Below are positions 18,208 to 27,790 of a stretch of DNA of 45,693 bases, piece after piece. The notes under the pieces are model-generated. The model did no database searches, was not told where the DNA came from, and was given only the letters and a program-made list of their open reading frames with translations. Position 1 is the stretch's first letter; every line of letters begins with the position of its first letter. The DNA is from Candidatus Parcubacteria bacterium (GTDB lineage Bacteria > Patescibacteriota > Minisyncoccia > JAHIHE01 > JAGLIN01), in the NCBI GenBank assembly GCA_023140775.1, contig JAGLLA010000009.1:1-45693 (forward strand), given 5' to 3'. The position numbers and the translations under genes are program-made.

Positions 18208-20289
18208 ATGGATGTAAAAACATTTAAAAAAGAAATTGCTGGAAGAGAGCTGATAATTGAGACTGGTAAAATGGCAAATCAAGCCAATGGTTCTGTGACC
18301 GTGCAGTACGGAGATACAGTACTTTTGGCAACTGCTACAATGAGTGACAGACAAAGAGAAGGTATTAATTATTTCCCCTTGATGGTTGACTATGAAGAGC
18401 GGCTTTATGCAGCTGGAAAGATCAAAGGGAGCAGATTTATGAAAAGAGAAGGAAGACCAACTGACGAAGCGGTTCTTTCGGGAAGAATGACAGACAGAAT
18501 CCTCAGACCTCTTTTTGATGGTAGAGTACGAAATGATATTCAAGTCGTCATCACGATCTTGTCAGTGGATCAAGAAAATGATCCTGATTTTTGTGCCATT
18601 ATTGGAGCATCATTGGCCTTGGCAATTTCTGACATACCCTGGAACGGTCCAGTCGGAGTTGTCCGCGTGGCAAAAGTTGATGGTAAAATTGTTGCTAATC
18701 CGACATACGAACAAAGAGCTGCAAGTCAGTATGAGATTATTATTGCAGGAAAAGGTGATAAGATAAATATGGTGGAAGCGGGAGGAAAAGAAGCTCCAGA
18801 GGCTGAGATCATGGAGGCATTCAAATTTTCATCGCAATATGTCAAAGAATTGACCGATTTTCAAATTGATATCATTTCTCAAATTGGAAAGACAAAAAAG
18901 GCAGTGAAGCTGGTCAAAGCTGATGATGAGATCGAGGAAGAGATCAGGCAATTTCTTTCTGCCAAAGTATATGAACTTAATTTTAGCACTCCCAAAGCAG
19001 AGCAGAGTATGAAAAGAGAAGAATTTAACAAAGAGTTAAAGGATTTTGTGGTTGGAAAATATGGAGAAGGAATGTTGTCAGTCGCGAAAATTATCGAAGA
19101 AGAAGAGACCGACGCCTTAATGCACAAAAGTATTCTCGAAGAAGATAAGAGGCCAGACGGAAGAAAAATGGACGAAGTGAGAGAGATTAGCAGTGAAGTA
19201 GGGGTTCTACCGAGAACCCATGGCTCAGGACTGTTCAATCGTGGAGCGACGCAAGCTTTGACTGTTGCCACCTTGGGATCTCCTGGGGATGAGCAAACTC
19301 TTGATGGCATGGAGGAAAATGGTACAAAGAGATTTATGCATCATTATACTTTTCCAGCATTTTCAGTTGGGGAAGTTGCGCCTAATAGAGGTCCTGGTCG
19401 AAGAGAGATCGGACATGGAGCTTTGGCAGAGAAAGCTCTTTGTTCAATGATTCCCGACAAGGAAAGTTTCCCGTATACAATCAGACTTGTATCTGAAATT
19501 CTCTCATCAAATGGATCATCGTCGATGGCTAGTGTTTGCGGAAGTTCACTTTCCTTGATGGATGCTGGCGTGCCAATTGAAAGACCTGTGGCTGGAATCG
19601 CCATGGGATTGATTACTGGAGAAAAAGGGCAACATAAAGTGCTGACTGATATTCAAGGTCCGGAGGATCATTATGGTGATATGGATTTCAAGATTGCGGG
19701 AACTTCCAAGGGAATTAATGCGATGCAAATGGATGTCAAACTTGAGGGCATTTCGCTTGATATAATTGAAGAAACGATTGTGGCGGCTAGAAAAGCAAGA
19801 ATGCATATTATTGATATTATGAATAAATCAATTGCTCAAACAAGAGAAGATCTGTCTCCTTATGCACCAAGAATTACAACTCTTCGAATCAATCCAGAAA
19901 AAATTAGAGATGTCATTGGTCCTGGCGGAAAAGTTATCAACGAAATTATTGCTGAAACTGACGTAGCGATTGATATTGAAGATGACGGACTCGTTCTGAT
20001 AACAGCAAAAAATTCCGAAGGTGCGAAGAAAGCAGAAGAATGGATTAAGAATCTTACTAGAGAAATCGTCGCAGGCGAAGTTTTTCAAGGAACCGTTGTT
20101 AAGATACTGGACTTCGGGGCATTCGTCGAACTTCTTCCTGGTAAAGATGGGTTAGTTCATATTTCAGAACTTGCCGAAAGTCGGGTTGAGAAAGTTGAAG
20201 ATGTTGTAAAAGTTGGCGATTCGATCAAGGTCAAAGTCAAGGAAATTGATGCTCAAGGAAGAATTAATTTAACTCATAAGGGAGTATAA
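18208..20289 (+). CDS. pnp: Polyribonucleotide nucleotidyltransferase (PNPase)
   Basis: 693 aa with two RNase PH domains, KH (IRDVIGPGGKVINEI) and S1 (GEVFQGTVVKILDFGAFVELLPGKDGLVHISEL) domains. Confidence 0.97.
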   Translation: MDVKTFKKEIAGRELIIETGKMANQANGSVTVQYGDTVLLATATMSDRQREGINYFPLMVDYEERLYAAGKIKGSRFMKREGRPTDEAVLSGRMTDRILRPLFDGRVRNDIQVVITILSVDQENDPDFCAIIGASLALAISDIPWNGPVGVVRVAKVDGKIVANPTYEQRAASQYEIIIAGKGDKINMVEAGGKEAPEAEIMEAFKFSSQYVKELTDFQIDIISQIGKTKKAVKLVKADDEIEEEIRQFLSAKVYELNFSTPKAEQSMKREEFNKELKDFVVGKYGEGMLSVAKIIEEEETDALMHKSILEEDKRPDGRKMDEVREISSEVGVLPRTHGSGLFNRGATQALTVATLGSPGDEQTLDGMEENGTKRFMHHYTFPAFSVGEVAPNRGPGRREIGHGALAEKALCSMIPDKESFPYTIRLVSEILSSNGSSSMASVCGSSLSLMDAGVPIERPVAGIAMGLITGEKGQHKVLTDIQGPEDHYGDMDFKIAGTSKGINAMQMDVKLEGISLDIIEETIVAARKARMHIIDIMNKSIAQTREDLSPYAPRITTLRINPEKIRDVIGPGGKVINEIIAETDVAIDIEDDGLVLITAKNSEGAKKAEEWIKNLTREIVAGEVFQGTVVKILDFGAFVELLPGKDGLVHISELAESRVEKVEDVVKVGDSIKVKVKEIDAQGRINLTHKGV

Positions 20290-20490
20290 GAGGTAGTAAA
20301 AGTCCGCTGATCAGATAATCTCAATGTGCCTCCTTTGAAGAAAATCTTCCCGAATGACAGTTTGTTCGTAATGGTTTCAGGGAGTTATTTTGTGTTTTAA
20401 AATAATTTATTTATCTTTTTAAAGATAAAAATTTTGCGTTAGATAAGTTAGATAATTATATATAATTTATATAAATTTAATAAAACATCT

Positions 20491-22695
20491 ATGAGTAATG
20501 GTTCAACAATAAGAACAATGAAAGATGATCTTAATGACGTGACTAATAATAAAAATCAAAAAACGGAAGAGAAAAAAGTCATACAGGATACAAAAGAAAT
20601 TAGAAAGGCGAATAGTTTAAATATGCAGCCAGAAAAAAATAATCTTGGCAGTATGAAAAGTGTTAGTTTGGAAAAGCCAACAGAGAATATCTTGCAAAAA
20701 AATGACATCGCGAGAGATGAGTCAATTCTTCCTGACGATTCTATTATTAGGGATGATTGCCAGGCAAATAACTTTCAAGATGATCAGCTTGCTAGTCTTA
20801 TCAAAAAAGCAAAGAGCGATAAAGATAAGGATGCTGAGAATAAAGTTCAAAAAATCGTTGAAAGGGTGTCTCCGACTACAAATTATAATAAGATGGAAAT
20901 TGAAAGTATGTCTTTGAATGAAAGCAAAAACAGTGAAGATGATGAAAAACATGAATTATTAAAAAAAGTGATTGAAGATCAAAATATCGGAAGTGCGGAT
21001 ATTGGTGGTGGTAATATCGATGATCTAAAAAATTTAATAAGTAAGATCTCAAAGCCTTCGATCCCTTTGAAAAAGAATTCAATCAAAGCTGATCTGAAAA
21101 ACGAGAAAATATCCGTCAGAGAAAATACTGATGGCGATTTTGCGAAGAAAAGCGATGTAATTTCCGAAAAATCAAAAATTTCTGCAGTCTCGGATGCCAA
21201 ACGAATTGAGAAGGATGATAAAAAGAGAATAGATGCTGAGTCTATGGATAAGGTAAAAACAGCTAGTGCATTATCTCAAAATAATAATATTGTTTCAGAA
21301 CCCGCCATCAATAACGCAGGTGGAATCAAGCCAGATATTTCTTTGCCAAGAGCTACCGTAGAAAAAAAGGATGCCACATCCAACATCTTACCTCTGGACG
21401 ATAAAATTACTTCTGAGCCTATTAGTGCTGATAAAGTACAAAGTATTGCGACTGATTTATCGAAAGAAGATGCAGTCGTTAAAGTTGATAAGCAAAACAT
21501 TAAAGCAGATGAGGAAGATAATAAGAAATTTCAATGGAGCGATCTAGCAAAAAAGATAAATGGTGATATGAATAAGAATAAGATCGACCGAATAGATGAT
21601 ATAAAAAAAGAGTCTTCTCTGGCTGGCACAACAACCAAAGCAGCGGAAACATTGAAATCTGGGATATTGGACATTAAAAAAGATAATCAAAAAAAAGGTC
21701 AAAAAGAAAAGGATGATAAGTTTGACAAGGAGCAGTCTTTGAGCTCTTATAGTGAAAATTATATATCTCCAAACGAAAGATTGATACACGGAAAACAGGA
21801 ATTCTATAGTTCTGTCTCGAAAGTCATAAGGCACAAAGAAAAAAATGATGATATTAAGGCCTTAAAGGAGGACGAGAGAATTAAAAATGCCCAAAATAAT
21901 GTTCTTACGAAAGATGAGGAGTACAAAAAATTAAAAAAAGGGATTATACGGAAATATAATATTAAATTAACGACACTGCCATGGAAGAAGATTATACCTG
22001 TCGGAGCGTTGTTTATTGTTTTTGTGGGAGTAGCTGCGTTCTTGCTTTTCTCTCGAGAGAAAGTGGAACCTGTCGTTAAGCCGCCAGTTGTTATATCTGG
22101 AATTGAGATCGAAAAATTCTCTAATATGACAGAAATAACAATGGATGAACATAGTCTTAAGCTGGGTGATTCGAGCGAGGAGGCAAGTGAAGAGTTCAAC
22201 GAGAGCGTAAAAGTTGTAAAACTTAGGATTATTTATGACGGGGTTGATAATAATATGTTAATATTGGAGGATGCCTTAAGTACCATTCTAAAAAAAGATA
22301 GAAGCTATTTTTATGATGGATTTTTTGAGGCGACAACTGGAAATTATAATATATTTATATTTCAAACCGAAAAAAAGACTATGCGATACGGACTTGCCAT
22401 TCAAATAAAGGAGGATGGTTTAATGCAAGATATTATGAGACAATGGGAGGCTGATCGCACAAATGATAAAAGAATAATATCAGTTTTTGAAAAATTGTTC
22501 ATAGATGATGCAAATGGATATTACGGATATACTGAGTTTTCCTCTGTGGGAGTTATGGGAATAGAAATAAATTATGCTCACTTGAAGGGTAATAGGGATA
22601 CTGCACTAAATTATTTCATTCATGATAATATTTTGATTATCACAACATCTATGGATAGTAACTCAACAATGATCGATCTAGTGACATCAAATTAA
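20491..22695 (+). CDS. Hypothetical membrane-anchored protein: about 500 aa charged low-complexity N-terminal region, one TM, and an about 210 aa C-terminal domain
   Basis: A single hydrophobic segment (IIPVGALFIVFVGVAAFLLF) near residue 505. I recognise no family. Confidence 0.5.
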   Translation: MSNGSTIRTMKDDLNDVTNNKNQKTEEKKVIQDTKEIRKANSLNMQPEKNNLGSMKSVSLEKPTENILQKNDIARDESILPDDSIIRDDCQANNFQDDQLASLIKKAKSDKDKDAENKVQKIVERVSPTTNYNKMEIESMSLNESKNSEDDEKHELLKKVIEDQNIGSADIGGGNIDDLKNLISKISKPSIPLKKNSIKADLKNEKISVRENTDGDFAKKSDVISEKSKISAVSDAKRIEKDDKKRIDAESMDKVKTASALSQNNNIVSEPAINNAGGIKPDISLPRATVEKKDATSNILPLDDKITSEPISADKVQSIATDLSKEDAVVKVDKQNIKADEEDNKKFQWSDLAKKINGDMNKNKIDRIDDIKKESSLAGTTTKAAETLKSGILDIKKDNQKKGQKEKDDKFDKEQSLSSYSENYISPNERLIHGKQEFYSSVSKVIRHKEKNDDIKALKEDERIKNAQNNVLTKDEEYKKLKKGIIRKYNIKLTTLPWKKIIPVGALFIVFVGVAAFLLFSREKVEPVVKPPVVISGIEIEKFSNMTEITMDEHSLKLGDSSEEASEEFNESVKVVKLRIIYDGVDNNMLILEDALSTILKKDRSYFYDGFFEATTGNYNIFIFQTEKKTMRYGLAIQIKEDGLMQDIMRQWEADRTNDKRIISVFEKLFIDDANGYYGYTEFSSVGVMGIEINYAHLKGNRDTALNYFIHDNILIITTSMDSNSTMIDLVTSN

Positions 22696-22730
22696 GAGAA
22701 TTGGTTTATAAAATATTTGATTTGTAAAAA

Positions 22731-24131
22731 ATGCTGAAAAAAGAACATCGAAGAAAAATTATCACATTTGTTTTGTTTGCTGTACTGATCGTTGGAATTT
22801 TTTATTTTAGATATGATATTGCAAAGAGAGATTATAATGCTGATATATTGATTAAGAATGCAACGATTTTAACCTTGAATGAACATTCAGAAATAATTTA
22901 TAATGGTTGGATTGTGATTCAAGGGGAGAAAATTATTGAAGTTGGCAAAGGGAAGCATGATTATAAATCAAAAAAAATAGTGGATGCCAAAGGGAAGGTT
23001 GTTATGCCAGGATTGGTCAATACGCACGCTCATGTTGCGATGGCTCCTTTCCGTGGGGTTGACGATGGATTAAATTTTTCGCAATGGATTTCAAATATAA
23101 ATAAATATGAACAAGTTGTCACAGAAGAGGATGTCTATTGGAGTTCACTCTTGGGAGAGGTCGAAATGATCAGGTCTGGAACGACAACGTATAATGATAT
23201 GTATTTTTATACAGAAAATATCATACAGTCAATTGAAAAAACTGGAATTAGAGCCGTAATTGATGTCCCGTTTGATTTGGAAAATAGTGATCTAAAAATA
23301 GAAGAGGATTTTCTGTTAAAGTATGACAGAATTTCTACGGTAACTTTTTCAATTGCGCCAAATCCACTAATTGAGTTTTCTGAAGAGAAGCTTAAAAAAA
23401 TAAAGAAGATCGTTGATGAAAATAACTTAATTGTGCACTTGCATATAGCAGAAGATTGGAGCGAAAGAAATCGTTTTGTGGAAAGATATAATAGAACGCC
23501 AATTGAAATGCTTTCTGATTCAGGACTTTTCAATAGCAAAATTGTTCTTGCTCATTCTGTGAATTTTACAGACGATGAAATTGATTACCTTTCAGAATAT
23601 AAAGATGTTGGAATATCATTTAATCCGAAAAGTAACTATAAGTTATTGGGATATACAGCGCCGATCAAAAGAATGATAGAAAAAAAGTTGACAATTGGAA
23701 TTGGAACGGATGGAGTGGGAAGTAGTAATAGTCTTGATATGTTCGATCAGATGAATTTTATCGCTTTTGTCAGCAAGGGGTGTCAAGAAGAAGGAAGTTT
23801 TTGTGATGATCAATCGGGCATTGATCCTGAAAAAATAATTCGCATGGCCACGATCGATGGCGCAGAGTCTCTTGGTCTTGAAAATGAAATTGGTTCAATT
23901 GAAGAAGGGAAGAAAGCAGATTTAATTTTCGTGGATTTTTCAAGAATTGGTTTGACTCCTTCTTATAATATTTATTCAAGTTTAGTATATAATACAGATG
24001 GTAGTGATGTAACAGATTCCATTATCAACGGAAAGATCATCATGGAAAATAAGAAAATATCAAGAGTTGATGAAATTTATATCGTCAAAAAGGTTGGAGA
24101 TATTTTTGAGAAAATAAAGAACTTGCAATAG
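22731..24131 (+). CDS. Amidohydrolase-superfamily deaminase (MtaD/chlorohydrolase-like) with an N-terminal TM anchor
   Basis: Metal ligands GLVNTHAHVAM (HxH), HLHIAE, LAHSV and GTDG. The N-terminal segment IITFVLFAVLIVGIFYF is hydrophobic. Confidence 0.8.
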   Translation: MLKKEHRRKIITFVLFAVLIVGIFYFRYDIAKRDYNADILIKNATILTLNEHSEIIYNGWIVIQGEKIIEVGKGKHDYKSKKIVDAKGKVVMPGLVNTHAHVAMAPFRGVDDGLNFSQWISNINKYEQVVTEEDVYWSSLLGEVEMIRSGTTTYNDMYFYTENIIQSIEKTGIRAVIDVPFDLENSDLKIEEDFLLKYDRISTVTFSIAPNPLIEFSEEKLKKIKKIVDENNLIVHLHIAEDWSERNRFVERYNRTPIEMLSDSGLFNSKIVLAHSVNFTDDEIDYLSEYKDVGISFNPKSNYKLLGYTAPIKRMIEKKLTIGIGTDGVGSSNSLDMFDQMNFIAFVSKGCQEEGSFCDDQSGIDPEKIIRMATIDGAESLGLENEIGSIEEGKKADLIFVDFSRIGLTPSYNIYSSLVYNTDGSDVTDSIINGKIIMENKKISRVDEIYIVKKVGDIFEKIKNLQ

Positions 24132-24158
24132 TATTAAATAATTATTAATAAAACAAAT

Positions 24159-24473
24159 ATGAACAAGAATAAAGTTTTACCAATTGTAGGGTTGTTATTG
24201 TTGTTGGGGTCTATAGTAATGGCGTTATATTTTAAAAATGTGGAAAGAAGAATAATTAAAGAAGATAATAATGCTCAGCCAAAGATTGAAGAAAAAGTTG
24301 AGATAATCAGTGAAGATGTTGAAACCAAGATAGACCCAGAGAATGATTTAAATGACGAAATGGTTTTAGAAATAGAAGAAATTGAAACATTAGATCAAGA
24401 TTTGATGGATTTGGAAAATCTGATTAATGATTCAATCTTGAGCGATATTGATTCAGATTTGAGTAATTTCTAA
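24159..24473 (+). CDS. Small membrane-anchored acidic protein
   Basis: N-terminal TM segment (LPIVGLLLLLGSIVMALYF) and an Asp/Glu-rich tail. Confidence 0.45.
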   Translation: MNKNKVLPIVGLLLLLGSIVMALYFKNVERRIIKEDNNAQPKIEEKVEIISEDVETKIDPENDLNDEMVLEIEEIETLDQDLMDLENLINDSILSDIDSDLSNF

Positions 24474-24496
24474 TAATTTATTAACAATCAATAATT

Positions 24497-25483
24497 ATGA
24501 AAAAAATAATATTTCTATTTATCTCACTTTGTTTTGTATTTAGTTTTAATGTTAATTTTGCTTCAGCCTCGCAAGTGGTTGTCTCTGAAGATGGTTCTCT
24601 TTTAAATCGAAATAATAAATTGCAGAGAAGCTATGAAGAATCAAAAAACGATTTTCAAGATTCAGTGCAGAAATATAAAGAGACCAAGAAAAATTTTTCA
24701 GATGCAAAGACAAGATTTCAGAACAAAAGAGACGATGTGAGTAGGAGAGAACTAAAGAAGGGGTCTTTTAACTATTTCGACAAAATTGGTGTAGTTATGA
24801 TAAAATATTTAGAGTCACTTGAAAATAAAATTCAGAATATTAAATTTGTTTCTGAGGATGTAAAAAATGAGATGATTGGAAAAATAAGTGAAAATAGAAG
24901 TATAATCGAAAAAGAGATAGAGAAGATCAAGGCTGTTGAAACGATTGAAGATCAAAGAGTATTGGTAAGAGAATTAAAGTCTCAATGGAAAGATATTCGA
25001 GCTTCAACAAAAAACATAACAGGTCAAATAATTTCTGCCAAGATCGATGTCTTCATTTCAAAAATGAAAAAAGTCTCAGAGGAATTTCAAGTGAAGGTAG
25101 GTGCAATGGAAAACGGAGAAAGGAAAGATCTATTGCAAGCGAAAGTTGAAAAATTTGATGAAAAAATTGAGTTGGCAGAATCTCAAAATCAATTAGCTCA
25201 GGGAAAATTTTTAGAAATAAATAACGCTGATCAGAAAAATGATTTATTTAAGGAAGGGCTAAAATTTGTTCGTAGCGCGCATCAATATATCAAAGAAGCT
25301 CACAAAGAACTTATAGGTATTGCACAAGAGATCAGAGAAGAAAAAAAGAGCGACGAGGAAGATAATAGTTCTGCAGATGAAGAAACTAGTGCTATAGAGA
25401 CAGATGACAACTTAAGTGATGAAGATGATAACGAAAGTGAAGAAAGTGACGTTGAAGAAGAGGAAGAAGATGATCTTGAATAA
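24497..25483 (+). CDS. Secreted coiled-coil protein with an extremely acidic C-terminus
   Basis: Signal peptide (IIFLFISLCFVFSFNVNFASA), heptad-like Lys/Glu-rich body and a C-terminal SDEDDNESEESDVEEEEEDDLE. Confidence 0.5.
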   Translation: MKKIIFLFISLCFVFSFNVNFASASQVVVSEDGSLLNRNNKLQRSYEESKNDFQDSVQKYKETKKNFSDAKTRFQNKRDDVSRRELKKGSFNYFDKIGVVMIKYLESLENKIQNIKFVSEDVKNEMIGKISENRSIIEKEIEKIKAVETIEDQRVLVRELKSQWKDIRASTKNITGQIISAKIDVFISKMKKVSEEFQVKVGAMENGERKDLLQAKVEKFDEKIELAESQNQLAQGKFLEINNADQKNDLFKEGLKFVRSAHQYIKEAHKELIGIAQEIREEKKSDEEDNSSADEETSAIETDDNLSDEDDNESEESDVEEEEEDDLE

Positions 25484-25497
25484 ATTCTATTAAAAGT

Positions 25498-25531
25498 AAA
25501 AGACATCTATGTTCATGTAGATGTCTTTTTG
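25498..25531 (+). terminator. Rho-independent terminator
   Basis: aaAGACATCTA-tgttcatg-TAGATGTCTtttttg. Confidence 0.8.
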
Positions 25532-25594
25532 TTTGATAGTTATAAATATTTCGACTTTGCAAATCTTATTTTTATGATAGACTTATAAAGTTCC

Positions 25595-25799
25595 AGAAGG
25601 GTGACTGAGTGGTTGCCAGCCCGAGGCTGGTCCCCTCCAGAGGCGGGCTAACGCCGGGGCGGAAAAGTGCCCCACTTAATTTTTTCAATATCGATATAAC
25701 AATTATGGAAGGGTGACTGAGTGGTTGCCAGCCCGAGGCTGGTCCGCCGGGGCGGAAAAGTGCCCCACTTAATTTTTTCAATATCGATATAACAATTAT
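25595..25799 (+). repeat. Two tandem units (111 and 93 nt). Each is the first 21 nt of tRNA-Ser fused to GC-rich hairpins and a T-run, followed by a copy of the tRNA-Ser upstream region
   Basis: gaagggtgactgagtggttg is identical to tRNA-Ser positions 2-21. It is followed by CCAGCC-cga-GGCTGG and GGGGC-ggaaaagt-GCCCC, then acttaattttttcaatatcgatataacaattat. Unit A carries a 19-nt insertion relative to unit B. Confidence 0.85.
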
Positions 25800-25886
25800 G
25801 GAAGGGTGACTGAGTGGTTGAAAGTGCTGCTCTCGAAAAGCAGTGTCCTAGCAATGGGACCGCGGGTTCGAATCCCGCCCCTTCCG
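25800..25886 (+). tRNA. tRNA-Ser (anticodon CGA), type II; no encoded CCA
   Basis: Acceptor GGAAGGG/CCCTTCC, D arm ACT-GAGTGGTTGAA-AGT, anticodon stem CTGCT/AGCAG with loop CTCGAAA, long variable arm, T arm GCGGG-TTCGAAT-CCCGC. Confidence 0.92.
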
Positions 25887-25937
25887 CAAATCAAAAATGC
25901 CGTAAAGCATTTTTTATGAAGAAAGGGATTTGAACTG

Positions 25938-26049
25938 GGAAGGGGTCGGGAAACGGTAGTTTCCCGTGGCGGAAATACTAAAACCGAGGGGTTTTAGAGA
26001 ATAATTTGTGATTAAATAGGTTATGATGTTCGATTTCCCGCCCCTTCCG
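25938..26049 (+). pseudogene. tRNA-Ser-derived element. The acceptor-stem halves (GGAAGGGG ... CCCCTTCC) bracket two perfect 7-bp hairpins and a degenerate T arm
   Basis: Hairpins GGGAAAC-ggta-GTTTCCC (25948-25965) and TAAAACC-gagg-GGTTTTA (25979-25996). The 24 nt cccgccccttccgcaaatcaaaaa are identical at 25874-25897 and 26037-26060. Confidence 0.6.
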
Positions 26050-26054
26050 CAAAT

Positions 26055-26084
26055 CAAAAAAACGAGGCATCCCCTCGTTTTTTT
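26055..26084. terminator. Bidirectional rho-independent terminator
   Basis: aaaaaaaCGAGG-catcc-CCTCGttttttt. Confidence 0.8.
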
Positions 26085-26110
26085 ATGGAAATTATAGAAT
26101 GATTTGTAAT

Positions 26111-26881
26111 TTACTCTGGCAAATTTTTTCCATCAAGCTCGGTCCAGATGAAATCGAACATAAATTTTACAAGGGAATGTATTGCTTCATTTTTGATTAA
26201 AATCGAAGAATAAGGTTTTTGCAAAGAAATGAGGGCGATTTTGTCGTCAAATAGGATCATTCCTGATTTAAAATTTTCAACAGCTGATGTAAATCGAATT
26301 TCGCGAAAATCGGTATCTTCTTCGCGATAGAATTTTTTATTTTGTTTATGGTAATCGGTGATGATATAAGCCATCGTTCCTCCAATCTGGCGTCTTTTTT
26401 TTGTTACATCAGTTAGAATCCTTGATAATCCAAGATGCTTATAGATTGATCCAGGAAAAATAACAAACATATCTTTTCGACTTTTTACCAAAACATCGAC
26501 AATATTCCAAATACCTTCAATACCTTGAAAATGGAGTATTTCTTCCTTAGGATCCGCTGTTTTGTTTTTCAGGATTCTTTCAAGTTGCGGTAAGAATTCT
26601 TTGATTCGCTGTTCTTCTTTTTCAATTTCCTTTTTCTTTGTTTCGGCAATTTTGAGTAACTTGGAAGGTTTCTGGGCAAAAAAGATTTTTTTATTTTTTT
26701 GGATTATTTCTCCGACCAAACCTATTTGTTTCAGTCTTTCCAGGACTAGATAGGTCGTCGTTCGCTTGATACCAGTTTCGTTTGCGATGCTTTGCGCAGA
26801 AACGGAGCCCAGCTTGAGAATGGCAAGGTATATTTTGATTTCTTTTTCTTTGAGACCAATTTGTTTAAGGCTTTTAAGCAT
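26111..26881 (-). CDS. TrmB-family winged-helix transcriptional regulator, paralog 1
   Basis: N-terminal LKEKEIKIYLAILKLGSVSAQSIANETGIKRTTTYLVLERLKQIGLV (TrmB-type wHTH). The C-terminal domain ends FMFDFIWTELDGKNLPE. Confidence 0.75.
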   Translation of the reverse strand: MLKSLKQIGLKEKEIKIYLAILKLGSVSAQSIANETGIKRTTTYLVLERLKQIGLVGEIIQKNKKIFFAQKPSKLLKIAETKKKEIEKEEQRIKEFLPQLERILKNKTADPKEEILHFQGIEGIWNIVDVLVKSRKDMFVIFPGSIYKHLGLSRILTDVTKKRRQIGGTMAYIITDYHKQNKKFYREEDTDFREIRFTSAVENFKSGMILFDDKIALISLQKPYSSILIKNEAIHSLVKFMFDFIWTELDGKNLPE

Positions 26882-27189
26882 ATGTTTATTAATAAATTGT
26901 TTTTAAAAAATGACAACAAAAGTTATGTACGTTAATTGCTTACATTAGCCACGATACAGAGTATGCAATTTAAATATATATTATCATATCTAAGCAGTAT
27001 AGACAAGTAATACTTTTTTATATAAGCTTAATAAGCAAAATGATCTTTTACAATTGAATTGAGAAAGAGGATGTGAAGGGAAATGGAAAAAGATGAGATA
27101 GTCGAAGCTGAGTTAAAGTTTGAAAAATTGAAACAAAGAATGAAATCTAAATTAGAGAGATAGCAATAAACAAATAGGGAGAGATAAAG

Positions 27190-27702
27190 ATGGTTGAAAA
27201 TAAAACAGAAATAAATTCCGAAAGAGCGGAGAAATGGATCGATGCGATAACGAAAATCATAAGTTATTCTTTGATAGAATCTGACGAAGAATCTGACGAA
27301 GAATCTGACGAAGAATCTGACGAAGATAGTTTCAGAGATTTTATAATAGAAATAAGAGAAGGAAATCTAGAAGAAGCATTTATGTTGCTACCTTTGATTG
27401 TTTATCGTACTTGCGATAATGAGGAGCTTGTTGAAATATATTCGCGTGTATTTATCGATGTGCTAAGAGAAAGTGAAACAGCTGAAGGAGTTATTGATGA
27501 TGTAGCAGAGGCAATAGAGAGGGAAATTTATTCAGGAGAGTTCTACCCAGAGCAAGCTCAGGCATGGTTTTTTTTGCAGTGTCTAAAAGGTATGTCGCTT
27601 GAATCTGTAAGAAAAGACAAGGTAATAGAACGATATAGAAAAGCATTACCACATCACATCAAGATAGAAGATATTGAAAAGGATGCTGACGATGAAGTAT
27701 AA
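27190..27702 (+). CDS. Acidic hypothetical protein carrying an (ESDE)4 repeat
   Basis: GGGAGAG lies 6 nt upstream of the ATG. 170 aa, highly acidic. I recognise no family. Confidence 0.5.
   Translation: MVENKTEINSERAEKWIDAITKIISYSLIESDEESDEESDEESDEDSFRDFIIEIREGNLEEAFMLLPLIVYRTCDNEELVEIYSRVFIDVLRESETAEGVIDDVAEAIEREIYSGEFYPEQAQAWFFLQCLKGMSLESVRKDKVIERYRKALPHHIKIEDIEKDADDEV
27277..27324 (+). repeat. Perfect tandem repeat, 12 nt x 4 (gaatctgacgaa), in-frame inside the CDS
   Basis: Read directly from the sequence: gaatctgacgaa occurs four times head to tail and encodes ESDE x4. Confidence 0.95.
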
Positions 27703-27790
27703 TATTAAGAAATAAATTAACATAAAAGCTTATTTAAATAATTTAAATAAGCTTTATTTTTTTGCATTAAATTATGAAATCCATTTGATT

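Noticed and set aside
25572-25854. Minus-strand ORFs 25572..25781 and 25648..25854 (repetitive 68-69 aa proteins)
   Set aside because: They are read-throughs of the tandem tRNA-Ser-derived repeat units. The internal protein repeats simply mirror the DNA repeat, and there is no RBS.
25595-25886. Possible CRISPR array, given regularly spaced direct repeats
   Set aside because: There are only about 2.2 units. The repeat includes a tRNA 5' fragment and its promoter region. The intervening sequence is itself repeated rather than unique. No cas genes are in the window.
27083-27163. 26-aa plus-strand ORF (MEKDEIVEAELKFEKLKQRMKSKLER) upstream of the acidic protein gene
   Set aside because: It has only a weak, poorly spaced purine-rich stretch as an RBS and no other support. 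It is recorded as possible but not called as a feature.
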